64,000 bases of DNA from Methylotetracoccus sp. GTDB taxonomy: Bacteria > Pseudomonadota > Gammaproteobacteria > Methylococcales > Methylococcaceae. The DNA is taken from contig JAXMGB010000012.1 in the NCBI GenBank assembly GCA_046347485.1, positions 47,808 to 111,807 of the forward strand. Direction: 5' to 3'. Positions 18,927-29,515 of this stretch are shown in pieces. The notes below the pieces were generated by a model. It saw only the letters and a program-made list of their open reading frames with translations. It had not been told where the DNA came from and ran no database searches. The position numbers and the translations under genes are program-made. The stretch's first letter is position 1. Each line of letters opens with the position of its first letter.

Positions 18927-20776
18927 CCGTGAACCGCAAACTCGCCGGCCGATCCGGTATCGAGGAACTCCCTGCGCCACAACTCCAGGTTCAGGATCGA
19001 CCAGAGCTGCATGGTATTTCCCTGACCGCGCTGGAAGCGCTCGACCACATCGCGGACGTAGACCCCGTCGAGCAGGCCGTCGCTCAGGGTCTGTCGGTCC
19101 AGCAGCACCTCGATGAACGGGTTTCCCGGCGCCCGGAACCAATCGGCGATCGGCACCGGGAAGCCTTGCTTCCGACGGTAGATGATCTGATCGGGCAGCA
19201 ATCCGCGACTCGATCGCTTCAGCAGATGCTTGCCCTCCTTGCCCCGAATCTTCTGCTCGTCCGGGAGCGAGAAGGCGAATTCGACGAGCTTGTGATCCAG
19301 GAACGGCACGCGGGTCTCGATCGACGCCGCCATGCTCATCTTGTCCTGCTTCATCAGCAGAGCCACCAGGTAGGTCTTCAACTGGAAATACAGCAGGCGA
19401 TCGAGAAAGCCGCCGCCGCGCTGCTCCAGGCCTATCTCGCTCAACAGCGCGCCGTCATCCTCCGATCCCGGAGGCAACGGAATGCGACTCGCCGCGAGCA
19501 TCGCCTGGGAGTCACCGAGGCGAAACGCCCGCAGTACCCGATCAGTGTCGCTGGAGGCCAAGGTCTCGGCGAGTGCGCGCCACCGTGACGGCAGCGGCAA
19601 CCGGGCAACGGCCGTGCGGAGCGGGCCCGGAATGGCCGCGGCCCAGCGAGCGAGCCAGTATCCGCGAATATTATTGTCGTAGCCGGCGAGAATCTCGTCC
19701 GCGCCTTCGCCGGCCAGCATCACCGTCGCGACCCGCTTCGACTCCCGCGACAACAGGTACAGCGGAATGCTGGCCGGAAACATCATCGGCTCGTCGTGAT
19801 GCCAGACCAGCTTACGGACCAGTGAGAAGAAGTCCTCGGAGCCCAGCGTAAACTCGCGATGGTCGGCCCGGCAGTGCTCGGCCACCATCCGCGCCCAGCC
19901 CAGCTCGCTCTCCTCGCCCGGAACGAATCCGACCGAAAACGTTCGGACGCGATCGGTATGCCGAGCCATCAGCGCGGTGATCACGCTGGAATCCACTCCA
20001 CCCGACAGAAAGGCCCCAAGCGGCACGTCGCTGATCATGCGCAGGCGCACCGACTCCTCGAGCAAGGGCAGGAATTGGTCGGCATCGCCTGCGGCCTCCC
20101 CCTGCTGGGGTGCATCCCAGTACCGCTGCACGGACCAGCCATGCGCATCGGCGAGCAGCACATGCCCGGGTGGAAGTTGCTCGATGCCGCGGAACAAGGT
20201 TCCGTGACCGTACGGGTGACGGTAGACGAGATAACGCCGCAGACCCACGGGGTCGATTTCCGCGGGGACATCGCCCGCCTGCAACAGCGCCTTGATTTCC
20301 GAACCGAACACAATCGAGCGCCCCGGCGTGGCGAAGTACAGGGGTTTGATGCCGAGCCGATCCCTCGCCAGCAATAACCGGCGGCGGCGCGCATCCCATA
20401 GTGCGAACGCAAACATGCCGCGGAACCGCTGCACGCACTCCGCGCCGAGTTCCTCGTACAGGTGGACGATCACCTCGGTATCGCTGTGGGTCGCGAACAC
20501 GTGGCCCCGCGCCTCGAGCTCCTCGCGTATCTCGGCGAAGTTGTAGATCTCCCCGTTGAACACGACGGTGACGCTGCCGTCCTCGTTCGACAAGGGCTGA
20601 TGCCCGCCGGCCAGATCGATGATCGACAGACGGCGATGCCCCAATCCGACCGGGCCCTCGACGAACAGGCCACCGTCGTCCGGACCCCGATGGACCATGA
20701 TGTCCCGCATCGCCAAGCACTCGTCCCGATCGACCGGTCGCCCATCGAGATTGAAACGTCCACTGATTCCGCACAT
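18923..20776 (-). CDS. asnB: Asparagine synthase (glutamine-hydrolysing)-like amidotransferase 1
   Basis: MCGI, HRRLSIID, FNGEIYN, SGGVDSS, GEGADE, RVPFLD, RKQGFP. Confidence 0.93.
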   Translation of the reverse strand: MCGISGRFNLDGRPVDRDECLAMRDIMVHRGPDDGGLFVEGPVGLGHRRLSIIDLAGGHQPLSNEDGSVTVVFNGEIYNFAEIREELEARGHVFATHSDTEVIVHLYEELGAECVQRFRGMFAFALWDARRRRLLLARDRLGIKPLYFATPGRSIVFGSEIKALLQAGDVPAEIDPVGLRRYLVYRHPYGHGTLFRGIEQLPPGHVLLADAHGWSVQRYWDAPQQGEAAGDADQFLPLLEESVRLRMISDVPLGAFLSGGVDSSVITALMARHTDRVRTFSVGFVPGEESELGWARMVAEHCRADHREFTLGSEDFFSLVRKLVWHHDEPMMFPASIPLYLLSRESKRVATVMLAGEGADEILAGYDNNIRGYWLARWAAAIPGPLRTAVARLPLPSRWRALAETLASSDTDRVLRAFRLGDSQAMLAASRIPLPPGSEDDGALLSEIGLEQRGGGFLDRLLYFQLKTYLVALLMKQDKMSMAASIETRVPFLDHKLVEFAFSLPDEQKIRGKEGKHLLKRSSRGLLPDQIIYRRKQGFPVPIADWFRAPGNPFIEVLLDRQTLSDGLLDGVYVRDVVERFQRGQGNTMQLWSILNLELWRREFLDTGSAGEFAVHG

Positions 20777-20781
20777 CGCGC

Positions 20782-21909
20782 TCAGGCCTCCCGTGCCAGC
20801 AGGCTAAGATACTCATCCTCCAGCGCATCCATGCAGCGGCGGTAGTCGGCACGCTCGGCGACCTGTCGACAGCCTGCCGCACCCAGCCGCAGACGACGTT
20901 CAGGGTCATCGGACAATTCGAGCACGGCCCGGGCCAAGGCATCCGCATCGCGCACCGGCACCAGCACGCCGTTCTCACCATCGACGAACCATTCCGCGCA
21001 ATACGGCAACTGGCTGACGACCATTGCGGCCCCACAGGCCGAAGCCTCGAGCACCGTAACCGGAAATCCATCGGAGGATGGGACCGACACGACGACATCC
21101 GCGAGGTTGTAGAACAATGGCATCGTGCGATTGTCGACCGACGGGATCAAGCGATACGAATCCCCCAGGCCACGCTGTTCAGCGGCCTCGGCAAGTCGGA
21201 GACGACCCGTCTCGCGCGTTGGATCGTACATCTGCAGGCATACTGCCCTGGGTACGCGTCGCCGCACCTCGACGAATGCATCGATGACGACATCGAGGTT
21301 GTAAAGCGCCTCGTCGACCTGGTATCGCGGACTGAACACGATGAACGCATCCTCACTCAAACCAAGCGAGTCGCGCAGGCCGGCGATTTCGAGACCGGGA
21401 CGATACCGCGCCAGGTCAACGCCCCGCGGCAACAGCAGCAACCGGTCACGGGGTATGCCCAGGCCCTGCGAGGCATCGATCATATGCCGGCCGGTCACGA
21501 CGATGCGGTCGGCCGCCCTGGCCGCCGCGGAGGTCAGCCAGCGCTGGAACGCCGGCCGGCCACCGTACTGCTCCGGCAGCAGATCCCCACCATAGGCATG
21601 CATGACGAACGGATGATGACCGGTGCTCCAGCCATACCATCCAGGGCCCCAGGCGTTATGCGCGTGCACGATATCCGGGCGAACATGACGAACCAGACGA
21701 CGGAGTTGCAGCATCCGTGCGACGACCTTTGCCGGGCCCGGTACCGACGGCTCCGGCAGCGCGTGCCACTGCACGCCGGGCCACGGGCCAGCGGCTGGCA
21801 CGGCGGGCGGAATGGGCACCATGTGTAACTCGTGCCCTCGATCCAGGAAGGCGTCCACTATGGCCTTGATCTTGAATGCTGCGCCGTTCCCGATGTGCAG
21901 GATCCTCAT
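20782..21909 (-). CDS. Glycosyltransferase family 4
   Basis: MRILHI, PDIVHAH, DGFPVTVLEASACG, NGVLVP; alternative start 21948. Confidence 0.85.
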   Translation of the reverse strand: MRILHIGNGAAFKIKAIVDAFLDRGHELHMVPIPPAVPAAGPWPGVQWHALPEPSVPGPAKVVARMLQLRRLVRHVRPDIVHAHNAWGPGWYGWSTGHHPFVMHAYGGDLLPEQYGGRPAFQRWLTSAAARAADRIVVTGRHMIDASQGLGIPRDRLLLLPRGVDLARYRPGLEIAGLRDSLGLSEDAFIVFSPRYQVDEALYNLDVVIDAFVEVRRRVPRAVCLQMYDPTRETGRLRLAEAAEQRGLGDSYRLIPSVDNRTMPLFYNLADVVVSVPSSDGFPVTVLEASACGAAMVVSQLPYCAEWFVDGENGVLVPVRDADALARAVLELSDDPERRLRLGAAGCRQVAERADYRRCMDALEDEYLSLLAREA

Positions 21910-21952
21910 CGGTCGGTTCTCCGGCTGTTCACCAATCGCGCGCGGCATGCCA

Positions 21953-23824
21953 TCAACCCCGCCCATGGACATCGCGGTACCACACCTCGAATGCATACAG
22001 GGCAAAGACCTGATGGTTGCGGGAGTCATCCCCGCGGAAGAACGCCTCGGTAAGTTGGCGCAGTCCCGCCGGATCGAACAGGCCATGCCGGTTACCCCCG
22101 TGCAAGGCGTCGACGATGTCATCCTTCAAAACGGTCCTGAGCCAGGTCGCCAACGGTACGCTGAACCCCTGCTTGCGCTTGCTGAGCACTTCCTCGGGCA
22201 GGTACGGGGCGACGACACGCTTCAGGATGTACTTGCTGACACCGTCGCGTAGCTTCAAGCTCGACGGAATGCGCGCGGCGAGCTCGACCAGCCGATGATC
22301 GAGCAGCGGCACGCGGGCCTCGATCGACGTCAGCATGCTCATGCGGTCGACCTTCGTCAGGATATCGTTCGGCAGGTAGGTCTTGACGTCGTACTCCATC
22401 ATCCTAGCGGGCCATGAACGGCCCGCCCCATCGCCCAGGAACGGTAGGTGATGCCGGTATGGATCGAGCCCGTGAGCAGCCTCGGCCAAGGTTCCGGAAT
22501 AGAGTGCCCGACGATCCGCATCGTCGAATACCGCCATCGCGTCGAGGATGTACCGTTCGTACGGCTTATCGAGCTGCCGCAGAAAGTTCCCGCCCGGGAT
22601 GCCCTTCGGCAGAGTCCGCGCCAGACGGCTCAGCACGGTGCGCACCGGCTGCGGCAAGCGGGACAGCTGCTGCTGGTAACGTGGTCGGAGTTGCCGCCAC
22701 GGATAGCCGCCGAACAATTCGTCGCCGCCGTCGCCGGAAAGGACTACCGTGACCTGCTCACCGGCCAAGCGCGACACGTAGTAGGTCGGGATCGCCGACG
22801 AGTCGGCGAATGGCTCGTCGAAATGAGCCAGCAACCCGGGTATGACGGAACGCGCCTCGTTCGGGTGCAGGATCAGTTCGGTGTGGTCGGTACGCAGATG
22901 ATCGGCGACGATGCGGGCGTCGGACGCCTCGTTGAAGGCCTTGTCGGAAAACCCGATCGAAAAGGTCTTCACCGGCCGGTCCATCAACCGGCTCATGATC
23001 GCGACGACCGCGCTCGAGTCGATGCCACCGCTCAGGAACGCGCCCAGCGGAACATCGGCGACAAGTCGTATGCGGACCGCCTCGTGCAACAGTTCCGACA
23101 GCCGCGCCTCCCACTCCTCCTCAGGGACGCCCTGCTCGTCGTTGAACCGGACGTCCCAGTAGCGCGCGATGTTAAACTCCCCATTGCGCAGCGTCAGCGT
23201 GTGGCCCGCGGGGAGCTTGCGCACCCCCTCGTAGATGCTGACGGGGTCCGGAACACTGAGGAAGGTCAGATAACTGTGTACCGCCGCGAGATCGATCGTG
23301 CGCCGGGCCGCGAAGTCGCGATCGGCAACGAGCGCCTTCAGTTCCGACCCGAACAGGAACATATCCCGGTCGAGCAGATAATACAGTGGCTTGATGCCGA
23401 TGCGGTCGCGCGCGGCGAACAGCGTCTCGGTCCGCGCGTCCCAGATCGCGAATGCGAACATGCCCCGCAACCATTTGACGCAGTCCGCGCCGTACTCCTC
23501 ATACAGGCGCAGGATGACCTCGGTGTCGCCGCTGGTGTTGAAGCAATGTCCCCGGGCAATCAAGTCCTGCCTTAGTTCGGCGAAGTTGTAGATCTCTCCG
23601 TTGAACACGATCCAGACGGTACCGTCGTCGTTGCCCATCGGCTGGACCGAGGCTTCGAGGTCAATGATCGACAGACGGCGATGGCCGATTCCCACGTGGC
23701 GATCGACATACGTACCCGAGGCGGTCGGTCCACGGCTGCGCATCGTATCGCGCATCCGGTCGATTTCATCCGCGCTGACCCGGCGATCCCGGTCCAGATA
23801 CAGCTTGCCGCAGATTCCGCACAT
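21953..23824 (-). CDS. asnB: AsnB-like amidotransferase 2
   Basis: MCGICG, SGGIDSS, DEPFADSS, SGDGGDELFGGY, DILTKVDRMSM. Confidence 0.93.
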   Translation of the reverse strand: MCGICGKLYLDRDRRVSADEIDRMRDTMRSRGPTASGTYVDRHVGIGHRRLSIIDLEASVQPMGNDDGTVWIVFNGEIYNFAELRQDLIARGHCFNTSGDTEVILRLYEEYGADCVKWLRGMFAFAIWDARTETLFAARDRIGIKPLYYLLDRDMFLFGSELKALVADRDFAARRTIDLAAVHSYLTFLSVPDPVSIYEGVRKLPAGHTLTLRNGEFNIARYWDVRFNDEQGVPEEEWEARLSELLHEAVRIRLVADVPLGAFLSGGIDSSAVVAIMSRLMDRPVKTFSIGFSDKAFNEASDARIVADHLRTDHTELILHPNEARSVIPGLLAHFDEPFADSSAIPTYYVSRLAGEQVTVVLSGDGGDELFGGYPWRQLRPRYQQQLSRLPQPVRTVLSRLARTLPKGIPGGNFLRQLDKPYERYILDAMAVFDDADRRALYSGTLAEAAHGLDPYRHHLPFLGDGAGRSWPARMMEYDVKTYLPNDILTKVDRMSMLTSIEARVPLLDHRLVELAARIPSSLKLRDGVSKYILKRVVAPYLPEEVLSKRKQGFSVPLATWLRTVLKDDIVDALHGGNRHGLFDPAGLRQLTEAFFRGDDSRNHQVFALYAFEVWYRDVHGRG

Positions 23825-23868
23825 GACTCTATTCCTAAGCTCGGAGACTATTTCGGGAGGCAGACGGA

Positions 23869-25107
23869 TCAGCGCCGCGCGGACGTCGGGCGCACCCGGT
23901 AGCGGCCAGGCTGCAATCGAACGGTGACGAGATGGCGATGGCGGGCAAGGTCAAAACGGTAGGCCGTGTCGGGCAGGGCTGAACCATCCGGCGCGATGAT
24001 GTCGATCAACGGCTGGTCAGCCGTGCAGATCGCGGAACAGTCGGTGACCAAGCTCAGCGGCTTGCCCGCCGCGCCATCACAGCGAATCGAGAATCCCTCG
24101 TCGGTCACATCGTAAATCAGCGTCTGATCGCGCGCGGCCACATAGTCCGCAATCTCGCTACAGTTGGCATGCCAGACATCATGACCACGGAGGTATGCGT
24201 AGAGACGACGCAACTGCTCCATGTCATCGATGATGTTCGGCGTCTGGATCAGACCGTCCGGCCGGACCGGCGCGATATGCTCCTCGATCGCGATGAGCTG
24301 GCGTTGCTGCAGCAAGACGTCGATCTGACGACGCGCCCAGAAATAGCCGTGAACGGTCGACGGTAGGCCGACGAGCAGCCGCGGACCGAAATACTGTGGC
24401 TCGTAGTATCCGGGCGCGACGCGCCCGCTGTAGTCGCGCGGCATCCAGTCGCGACACCACCAATCGAAGCCGCTCGCATCGACGACTTCCTCGGCGAACT
24501 CGTTGTAGTCCCACCCGCCGTATTTGCCGCCGCGGGGACGGGACCCGGTGGCCCGCTCGAAGATCTCAAGACCCTTCCTAGTCTGTTCGAGCGCCGTGGC
24601 CAGATCCGGAAATCCGCGCCACTCCTGAACGAACTCGGCGGTCGTCGCACCGGGAGTTCCATGATTGTAGCCGTGATATGCGAGCTCGAAGCGCGGATCC
24701 CGAGCCAGCCCCGAAAAGAACGCGCGGGACTTTGCAGTCGCGTCGATCGGCGCCGAATGACTGAAAGGCTGATGCGTCGTATAGGCCGACAGCGCGCCGG
24801 CGACCACGAAGAAGGTGGTCCGGGCCTCGGGAAAGTCCCGCAGCAAGCCCTGCTCGAGGCTGCTCAGCGCGGATGCGGAGTCCCAGCATCCACCACCCCA
24901 GTCGCCGCCCGCTTCCCAGCACGCGCCGCCAGTGCGGCTGTGCCAGACATTCGCAAGATCATCGATCATCAGCACCACGGGGCTTCGAGCGTCATTCAGC
25001 CAGCGCGCCTTCTCGACGACCAGCCGAAACAGGCGGCGACCATCGCCGCGCCACCGTCTGCGCGCCGTGTACCACGTACGCCGTAAATGCTCCGCGAGCC
25101 TATCCAT
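23869..25107 (-). CDS. Polysaccharide deacetylase-like protein (DUF2334-like)
   Basis: LMIDD, TTFFVV, ELAYHGYNHG motifs of the NodB-like fold. Confidence 0.65.
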   Translation of the reverse strand: MDRLAEHLRRTWYTARRRWRGDGRRLFRLVVEKARWLNDARSPVVLMIDDLANVWHSRTGGACWEAGGDWGGGCWDSASALSSLEQGLLRDFPEARTTFFVVAGALSAYTTHQPFSHSAPIDATAKSRAFFSGLARDPRFELAYHGYNHGTPGATTAEFVQEWRGFPDLATALEQTRKGLEIFERATGSRPRGGKYGGWDYNEFAEEVVDASGFDWWCRDWMPRDYSGRVAPGYYEPQYFGPRLLVGLPSTVHGYFWARRQIDVLLQQRQLIAIEEHIAPVRPDGLIQTPNIIDDMEQLRRLYAYLRGHDVWHANCSEIADYVAARDQTLIYDVTDEGFSIRCDGAAGKPLSLVTDCSAICTADQPLIDIIAPDGSALPDTAYRFDLARHRHLVTVRLQPGRYRVRPTSARR

Positions 25108-25244
25108 GAGTCACGACCTCTGTCGAATCAGGACCATCGGCACTGCCTGCGCGGCGCCTCCGTCGAAGTATAGGCGGCTGGCCGACCGCCTCCCGGCCGT
25201 CGAACGAGGCGAGCCATGCCACACCCCCGCGGAGTGACCTGACA

Positions 25245-26201
25245 TCAGCGTCCAAGCAACAACTTCACAGCGCACTTGACGCTGGCGATACACGGCACGT
25301 CCCGAACCGCCTCGAACGCCGCGAGGACCCGCTGCCCCCAACCGCCACGCGCGGCGCGCTCGCGCATCACGTAGTCGCCCATCTGCGCCATCGACCCGCG
25401 CAACGCGCGCCGTTCACCGCGAGAGAGCGAGGCCCCATCGAATACCGCCTTCATCCGCGCGATCCGGTGCTTGTAGCTCGCGCTGATCTTTCCCTCGTAG
25501 CATCGGTCGCCGAGATTCTCGTCGTGACGGCGAATCAGAACGCCCGGATCATCGACGAACGCGCAGCGACCCCTAAGGGCTGCCTCCATGACCAATTGCG
25601 CTTCCTCGGTGTAGCTGATGCGGGGATCGAAACGAAGACCCCAGGACTCGAGGAATGAGCGCCGGAACATGCTGCCCTGGATACGGAACGGAAAGCCAAT
25701 CTCGAAAAGGGTCTGGAGCAGGTTCGCGCCGGATAGCCGGACTCCGTCGCCGGCGCGGACGAACGCTCGCTCAAGAAACCTGCCGACCGAATGCGCGAAC
25801 GACCGGTTATACGCGGCAGCCTCCTCGTCGTCGCCGATGAAGCGAAAATTCGCGAAGGCGAACATCGCATCCGGCGTCTGCTCCAGGGCCGCGACGAGCC
25901 GCGCCAGATGATCCGGAACCCAGAGGTCGTCGGAATCGAGAAAGGCCACAAGTGCCCCTGTCGCCGCGTCGATCCCGGTATTGCGGGCCGCACTGACGCC
26001 GGCATTCATCTGCGCGATGTAGCGAATGCGTGAATCGCGACTGAACTCCGCGACGACATCGCCGGTGCCGTCGGTTGAGCCATCATCGACGACGATGATT
26101 TCAATATCAGCGAAGGTCTGCGCCAGCACCGAAGCGATGGCCTCGCGGAGCAGGGCGGCGCGATTGTAGCTCGGGATCACCACGCTGACTGACGGCATCA
26201 C
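25245..26201 (-). CDS. Glycosyltransferase family 2
   Basis: VSVVIPSYN, VVDDGSTD, ARNTG, FLDSDD. Confidence 0.9.
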   Translation of the reverse strand: MMPSVSVVIPSYNRAALLREAIASVLAQTFADIEIIVVDDGSTDGTGDVVAEFSRDSRIRYIAQMNAGVSAARNTGIDAATGALVAFLDSDDLWVPDHLARLVAALEQTPDAMFAFANFRFIGDDEEAAAYNRSFAHSVGRFLERAFVRAGDGVRLSGANLLQTLFEIGFPFRIQGSMFRRSFLESWGLRFDPRISYTEEAQLVMEAALRGRCAFVDDPGVLIRRHDENLGDRCYEGKISASYKHRIARMKAVFDGASLSRGERRALRGSMAQMGDYVMRERAARGGWGQRVLAAFEAVRDVPCIASVKCAVKLLLGR

Positions 26202-26238
26202 CGATTCCTCCCCGGGCCGATTTGAGCGCAGCGATTCA

Positions 26239-27297
26239 TCATCGGCGCAGCCTCTCGATCAACGTCGCCGCCAACGCGGACCACCCGGTCCGGCGCCCGC
26301 AAAGCGACACGGTGCTCGACACGGCGATCCAGCGCGCCGGGTCTTCGCGCGACGATCGCTTGTAGGCATGCAATAGCACGTTTGCCAGGTGGCGGTCGGC
26401 GAAATCCCGCATTAGCCTGCGATCGGCGGGACCGAGCCGCTCGCACTCGACATAGGTATCGAACATGGTCCGAAAGCAATCCAAGGCCTGCCGCAGATCG
26501 GTGCCTCGAACCTCTCCGGGAATCATTCGGTTCAGCAGAATCCGTTGCACGGATTCCGACACCTCGATCCCGTAGTAGTCCCGGAGCGCCTCTCGCGTGA
26601 AATTCATGAACGTCGCGATCTGCTGCCCGGCGTGGCGATGCGAGACGCTGCCGGCAGCACAACGGAAGCGCAGGAGTCGCTCGGGCAGGTTTCGCAACAC
26701 GCGGCCCTCGCGGATCATCCGCAGCCAGAGCTCGAAGTCCTCCGAGTGCGGGGCATCCTCCGAGTAACGGCAGGCCCGCAGCACATCCCGTCGTCCCATG
26801 ACCGTGGGGTGGCACAAGGGATTCAGAAAGAACGAGAAGAAGCGAAGAACCCGCTCGTTGAAATGATACGGGTACGGATCGGACAGAAACGCGCCGTGCT
26901 GGTTGATGTACGTCACGTCGGTACACAGTACATCGGTATCTGGGTGCTCTTTGAAATACGCCACCTGGCGCTCGATACGTTGCGGCAACGCAATGTCGTC
27001 CGCGTCCATGCGCGCGATCAATTCCCCGCCCGCGAGATCCAGTCCACGATTCAACGTGCGGATCAGCCCCTGGTTGCCTTGGTTCGGGCACAGCCGTACG
27101 CGGGGGTCCTGCGCCGCGACCGCGGCGAGGATCGCGGCCGTGCCATCGGTGCTTCCATCATCGATCGCGAGAATCTCGAGATTCGGATAAGTCTGCTGCC
27201 GCAGCGACTGCAAGGTCGCTTCGAGGTACGCCTCGGCGTTGTAGCACGGCAGCAGTACCGTGACCAACGGACCCCTGGCGGCATCGAATTCAATCAC
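26239..27297 (-). CDS. Glycosyltransferase family 2
   Basis: VLLPCYN, IDDGSTD, RMDADD, HPTVM, EDFELW. Confidence 0.9.
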   Translation of the reverse strand: MIEFDAARGPLVTVLLPCYNAEAYLEATLQSLRQQTYPNLEILAIDDGSTDGTAAILAAVAAQDPRVRLCPNQGNQGLIRTLNRGLDLAGGELIARMDADDIALPQRIERQVAYFKEHPDTDVLCTDVTYINQHGAFLSDPYPYHFNERVLRFFSFFLNPLCHPTVMGRRDVLRACRYSEDAPHSEDFELWLRMIREGRVLRNLPERLLRFRCAAGSVSHRHAGQQIATFMNFTREALRDYYGIEVSESVQRILLNRMIPGEVRGTDLRQALDCFRTMFDTYVECERLGPADRRLMRDFADRHLANVLLHAYKRSSREDPARWIAVSSTVSLCGRRTGWSALAATLIERLRR

Positions 27298-28127
27298 GCG
27301 CCGCCCTCGAGCAGGGCATCGGTATGGGGCTCAAGCGGCAGCACGCGCTGCATGCGCCGGAATCGCCAGCGGAACAGCAGGTATTGCGCGAGCCCGAGAT
27401 CGATGGAGTAAAACGCCCGACTCTTCACGCGGTCGCGGTTAAGCGTCTGCACCGCCCCCCGTTCGATCGCGTTGATCGCCCGCGACATCATGTCGGCTCC
27501 GCGACTGACACAGCGGACGTACAGAGATGCCAGCGTATCGCCCCGAAAAACCGGTACGCTCTGCTGCTCGATGATCGAGCCGGTGTCGATCCCCTGATCG
27601 ACGAAATGAACGGTCACTCCAACCTTTTCCGGCTCGCCGTTGTAGAGCGCCCAGAAGATCGGATCGGCGCTGCGGTACTCGGGCGTTATGCCGGTGTGGA
27701 TGTTGATCGTGCCGCGGGGGGCCAACGTGAACACCTCGGGCTTGATGACCGTCGTGCCACAGACGACCAGCAGTTCCGGCGCATGCGCTTCGATGAAACG
27801 GATCGCCGCAGCATCGTTGATGTTCGGAACCGTGACCGACGGTACCTCGCGCACATACCCTCCACCAGGTCCGACCAGACCGGCGATCGTCGTCGCGTCC
27901 GCCGACGCGAGGAACCGACTCCTGAACCAGTTGAATGCAAGCTTGTTGAGCGTCTTCAGCCAGCCGTGACGCCTCAACATGCTGCGACGGCGCTCGACCT
28001 TGGTCGCCGCATCAGCAGCCAACGGGGGACTCTCGACGATGATGCCCGACACCTCATGGCGACCGAGCAACTGATTGACCAGCCAGATATTCGACGGTGT
28101 CTTCGAGGTCAGAATCACGATATTCAT
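27294..28127 (-). CDS. Sugar N-formyltransferase (formyl_trans_N family)
   Basis: INIHTGITPEYRS, GVTVHFVDQGIDTG; the Asn-His-Asp catalytic set is present. Confidence 0.85.
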   Translation of the reverse strand: MNIVILTSKTPSNIWLVNQLLGRHEVSGIIVESPPLAADAATKVERRRSMLRRHGWLKTLNKLAFNWFRSRFLASADATTIAGLVGPGGGYVREVPSVTVPNINDAAAIRFIEAHAPELLVVCGTTVIKPEVFTLAPRGTINIHTGITPEYRSADPIFWALYNGEPEKVGVTVHFVDQGIDTGSIIEQQSVPVFRGDTLASLYVRCVSRGADMMSRAINAIERGAVQTLNRDRVKSRAFYSIDLGLAQYLLFRWRFRRMQRVLPLEPHTDALLEGGA

Positions 28128-29509
28128 GATGCGCTCGTCTCCGAGGGATTTGGTGGGCGCGGCTTCGTCACCAGCGAGAGTAGAATTCCGAAGAACACCC
28201 AGTAGGTCGGACCGACATTCACCGTAAACATGTGCATGTCGGGATAGCTGCAGACCAGGAACCCGGTCACACCGACCGTCAGGCCGAACACAGTAGGAGT
28301 CTCATCTCCCGCTCCACCGCGCGCTGAAATCAGGATCGACCGGCGCAGCAGCGCCGCATTCGCCAGCAGGAACAGGATCAGCACCGGCAGGCCGGCATAC
28401 GAAGCCGCCTGCAGATAGGAGTTGTGCGGGTTGTCGAACAAGCGCCCGTACTTTTCCTCATACCCCGCAGCCTGCAGGGCGTCCCGGTATTGCATCTCGC
28501 CGAAACCGATACCGAGCAAGGGATTGTCCGCGATGATGCCGCGCGTATAGGTCCACATCGTCTTGCGCGAAGCACTCTCCTCGGTCGTCTCCTCATCGAG
28601 CGCCGAAAACCGCTCGATCGCGTGCTTGTAGAAACCGGGCATCGCCAGCGAAAAGACCAGAACGAATACGCTCAGAATCGCCAACCTGCGCCGCCGCGAC
28701 AAGCCTCCGCAAGGCCCGACCACCAGCAGCATCACAGACGCGGCGAAGGCCGCCAACGGGGCTCGTGACTGAGTCTCCACGAGCGAAAACACCAGGGACA
28801 ACAATCCCACCAGCGCGAACATCCGGAAGAACCCCGATCGCTCCCGCAACCACCAGATGAACGAGACCGGAAACACCAATACGACAAAGGCCCCGAGAAA
28901 GTTCGGATTGAGCAGAAAGCTGCCGAACCGTCCGTGCTTGCGGTTCACGTAGTACTCGGGTTTACCCAGCATGTCGCTCTTCAGCAGCCAGCGGTCGAAG
29001 AAAATGTCCCAGAAGCTGAATAAGCCGATGATGATGACAAGCGCCATCAGGCCCAGGAAGAAGCGCCGGTAATCCTCGCTCGAATGCAGTCCGCGAATCG
29101 CGATCGAGAAAGCGATGATCTGCGGGATGACGATCCCGCGGTATTCGAACAGCGCCTTCATCATCGGTTCGGCGCGGAATACCGCCAGGAACAACAACAG
29201 GAAATAACCGGCGACGCAACGTCGCACGAAGGCCCGCGGGGGCTGGTCGGGCGGCGCCGGCGGTCGATTGAACCAGAGTAACAGTGCGCAAAGTTCCGAG
29301 AACCGGATACTGCCCTTTTCCAATCCCGGCAGATACATTCCGGTGTTCATGAAACCGTCGACGATGATCAGCAGACCGACGTAGAGCGCCAGGCCGATCG
29401 CCTGATCCTTGCGAAAAGCGATTCGCCAGAGCGACCAGACCAGCAGCAGCAAGAGACCCGGAATGAAGAACCGCTGAAAATGCAGCAGCGGTGTCAGATA
29501 CGCGGCCAA
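28124..29509 (-). CDS. O-antigen ligase/Wzy-like polymerase
   Basis: Multi-TM; NPNFLG, TQSRA, PLLGIGFG, PHNSYLQ. Confidence 0.82.
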   Translation of the reverse strand: MAAYLTPLLHFQRFFIPGLLLLLVWSLWRIAFRKDQAIGLALYVGLLIIVDGFMNTGMYLPGLEKGSIRFSELCALLLWFNRPPAPPDQPPRAFVRRCVAGYFLLLFLAVFRAEPMMKALFEYRGIVIPQIIAFSIAIRGLHSSEDYRRFFLGLMALVIIIGLFSFWDIFFDRWLLKSDMLGKPEYYVNRKHGRFGSFLLNPNFLGAFVVLVFPVSFIWWLRERSGFFRMFALVGLLSLVFSLVETQSRAPLAAFAASVMLLVVGPCGGLSRRRRLAILSVFVLVFSLAMPGFYKHAIERFSALDEETTEESASRKTMWTYTRGIIADNPLLGIGFGEMQYRDALQAAGYEEKYGRLFDNPHNSYLQAASYAGLPVLILFLLANAALLRRSILISARGGAGDETPTVFGLTVGVTGFLVCSYPDMHMFTVNVGPTYWVFFGILLSLVTKPRPPNPSETSAS

Positions 29510-29515
29510 CCTGAG

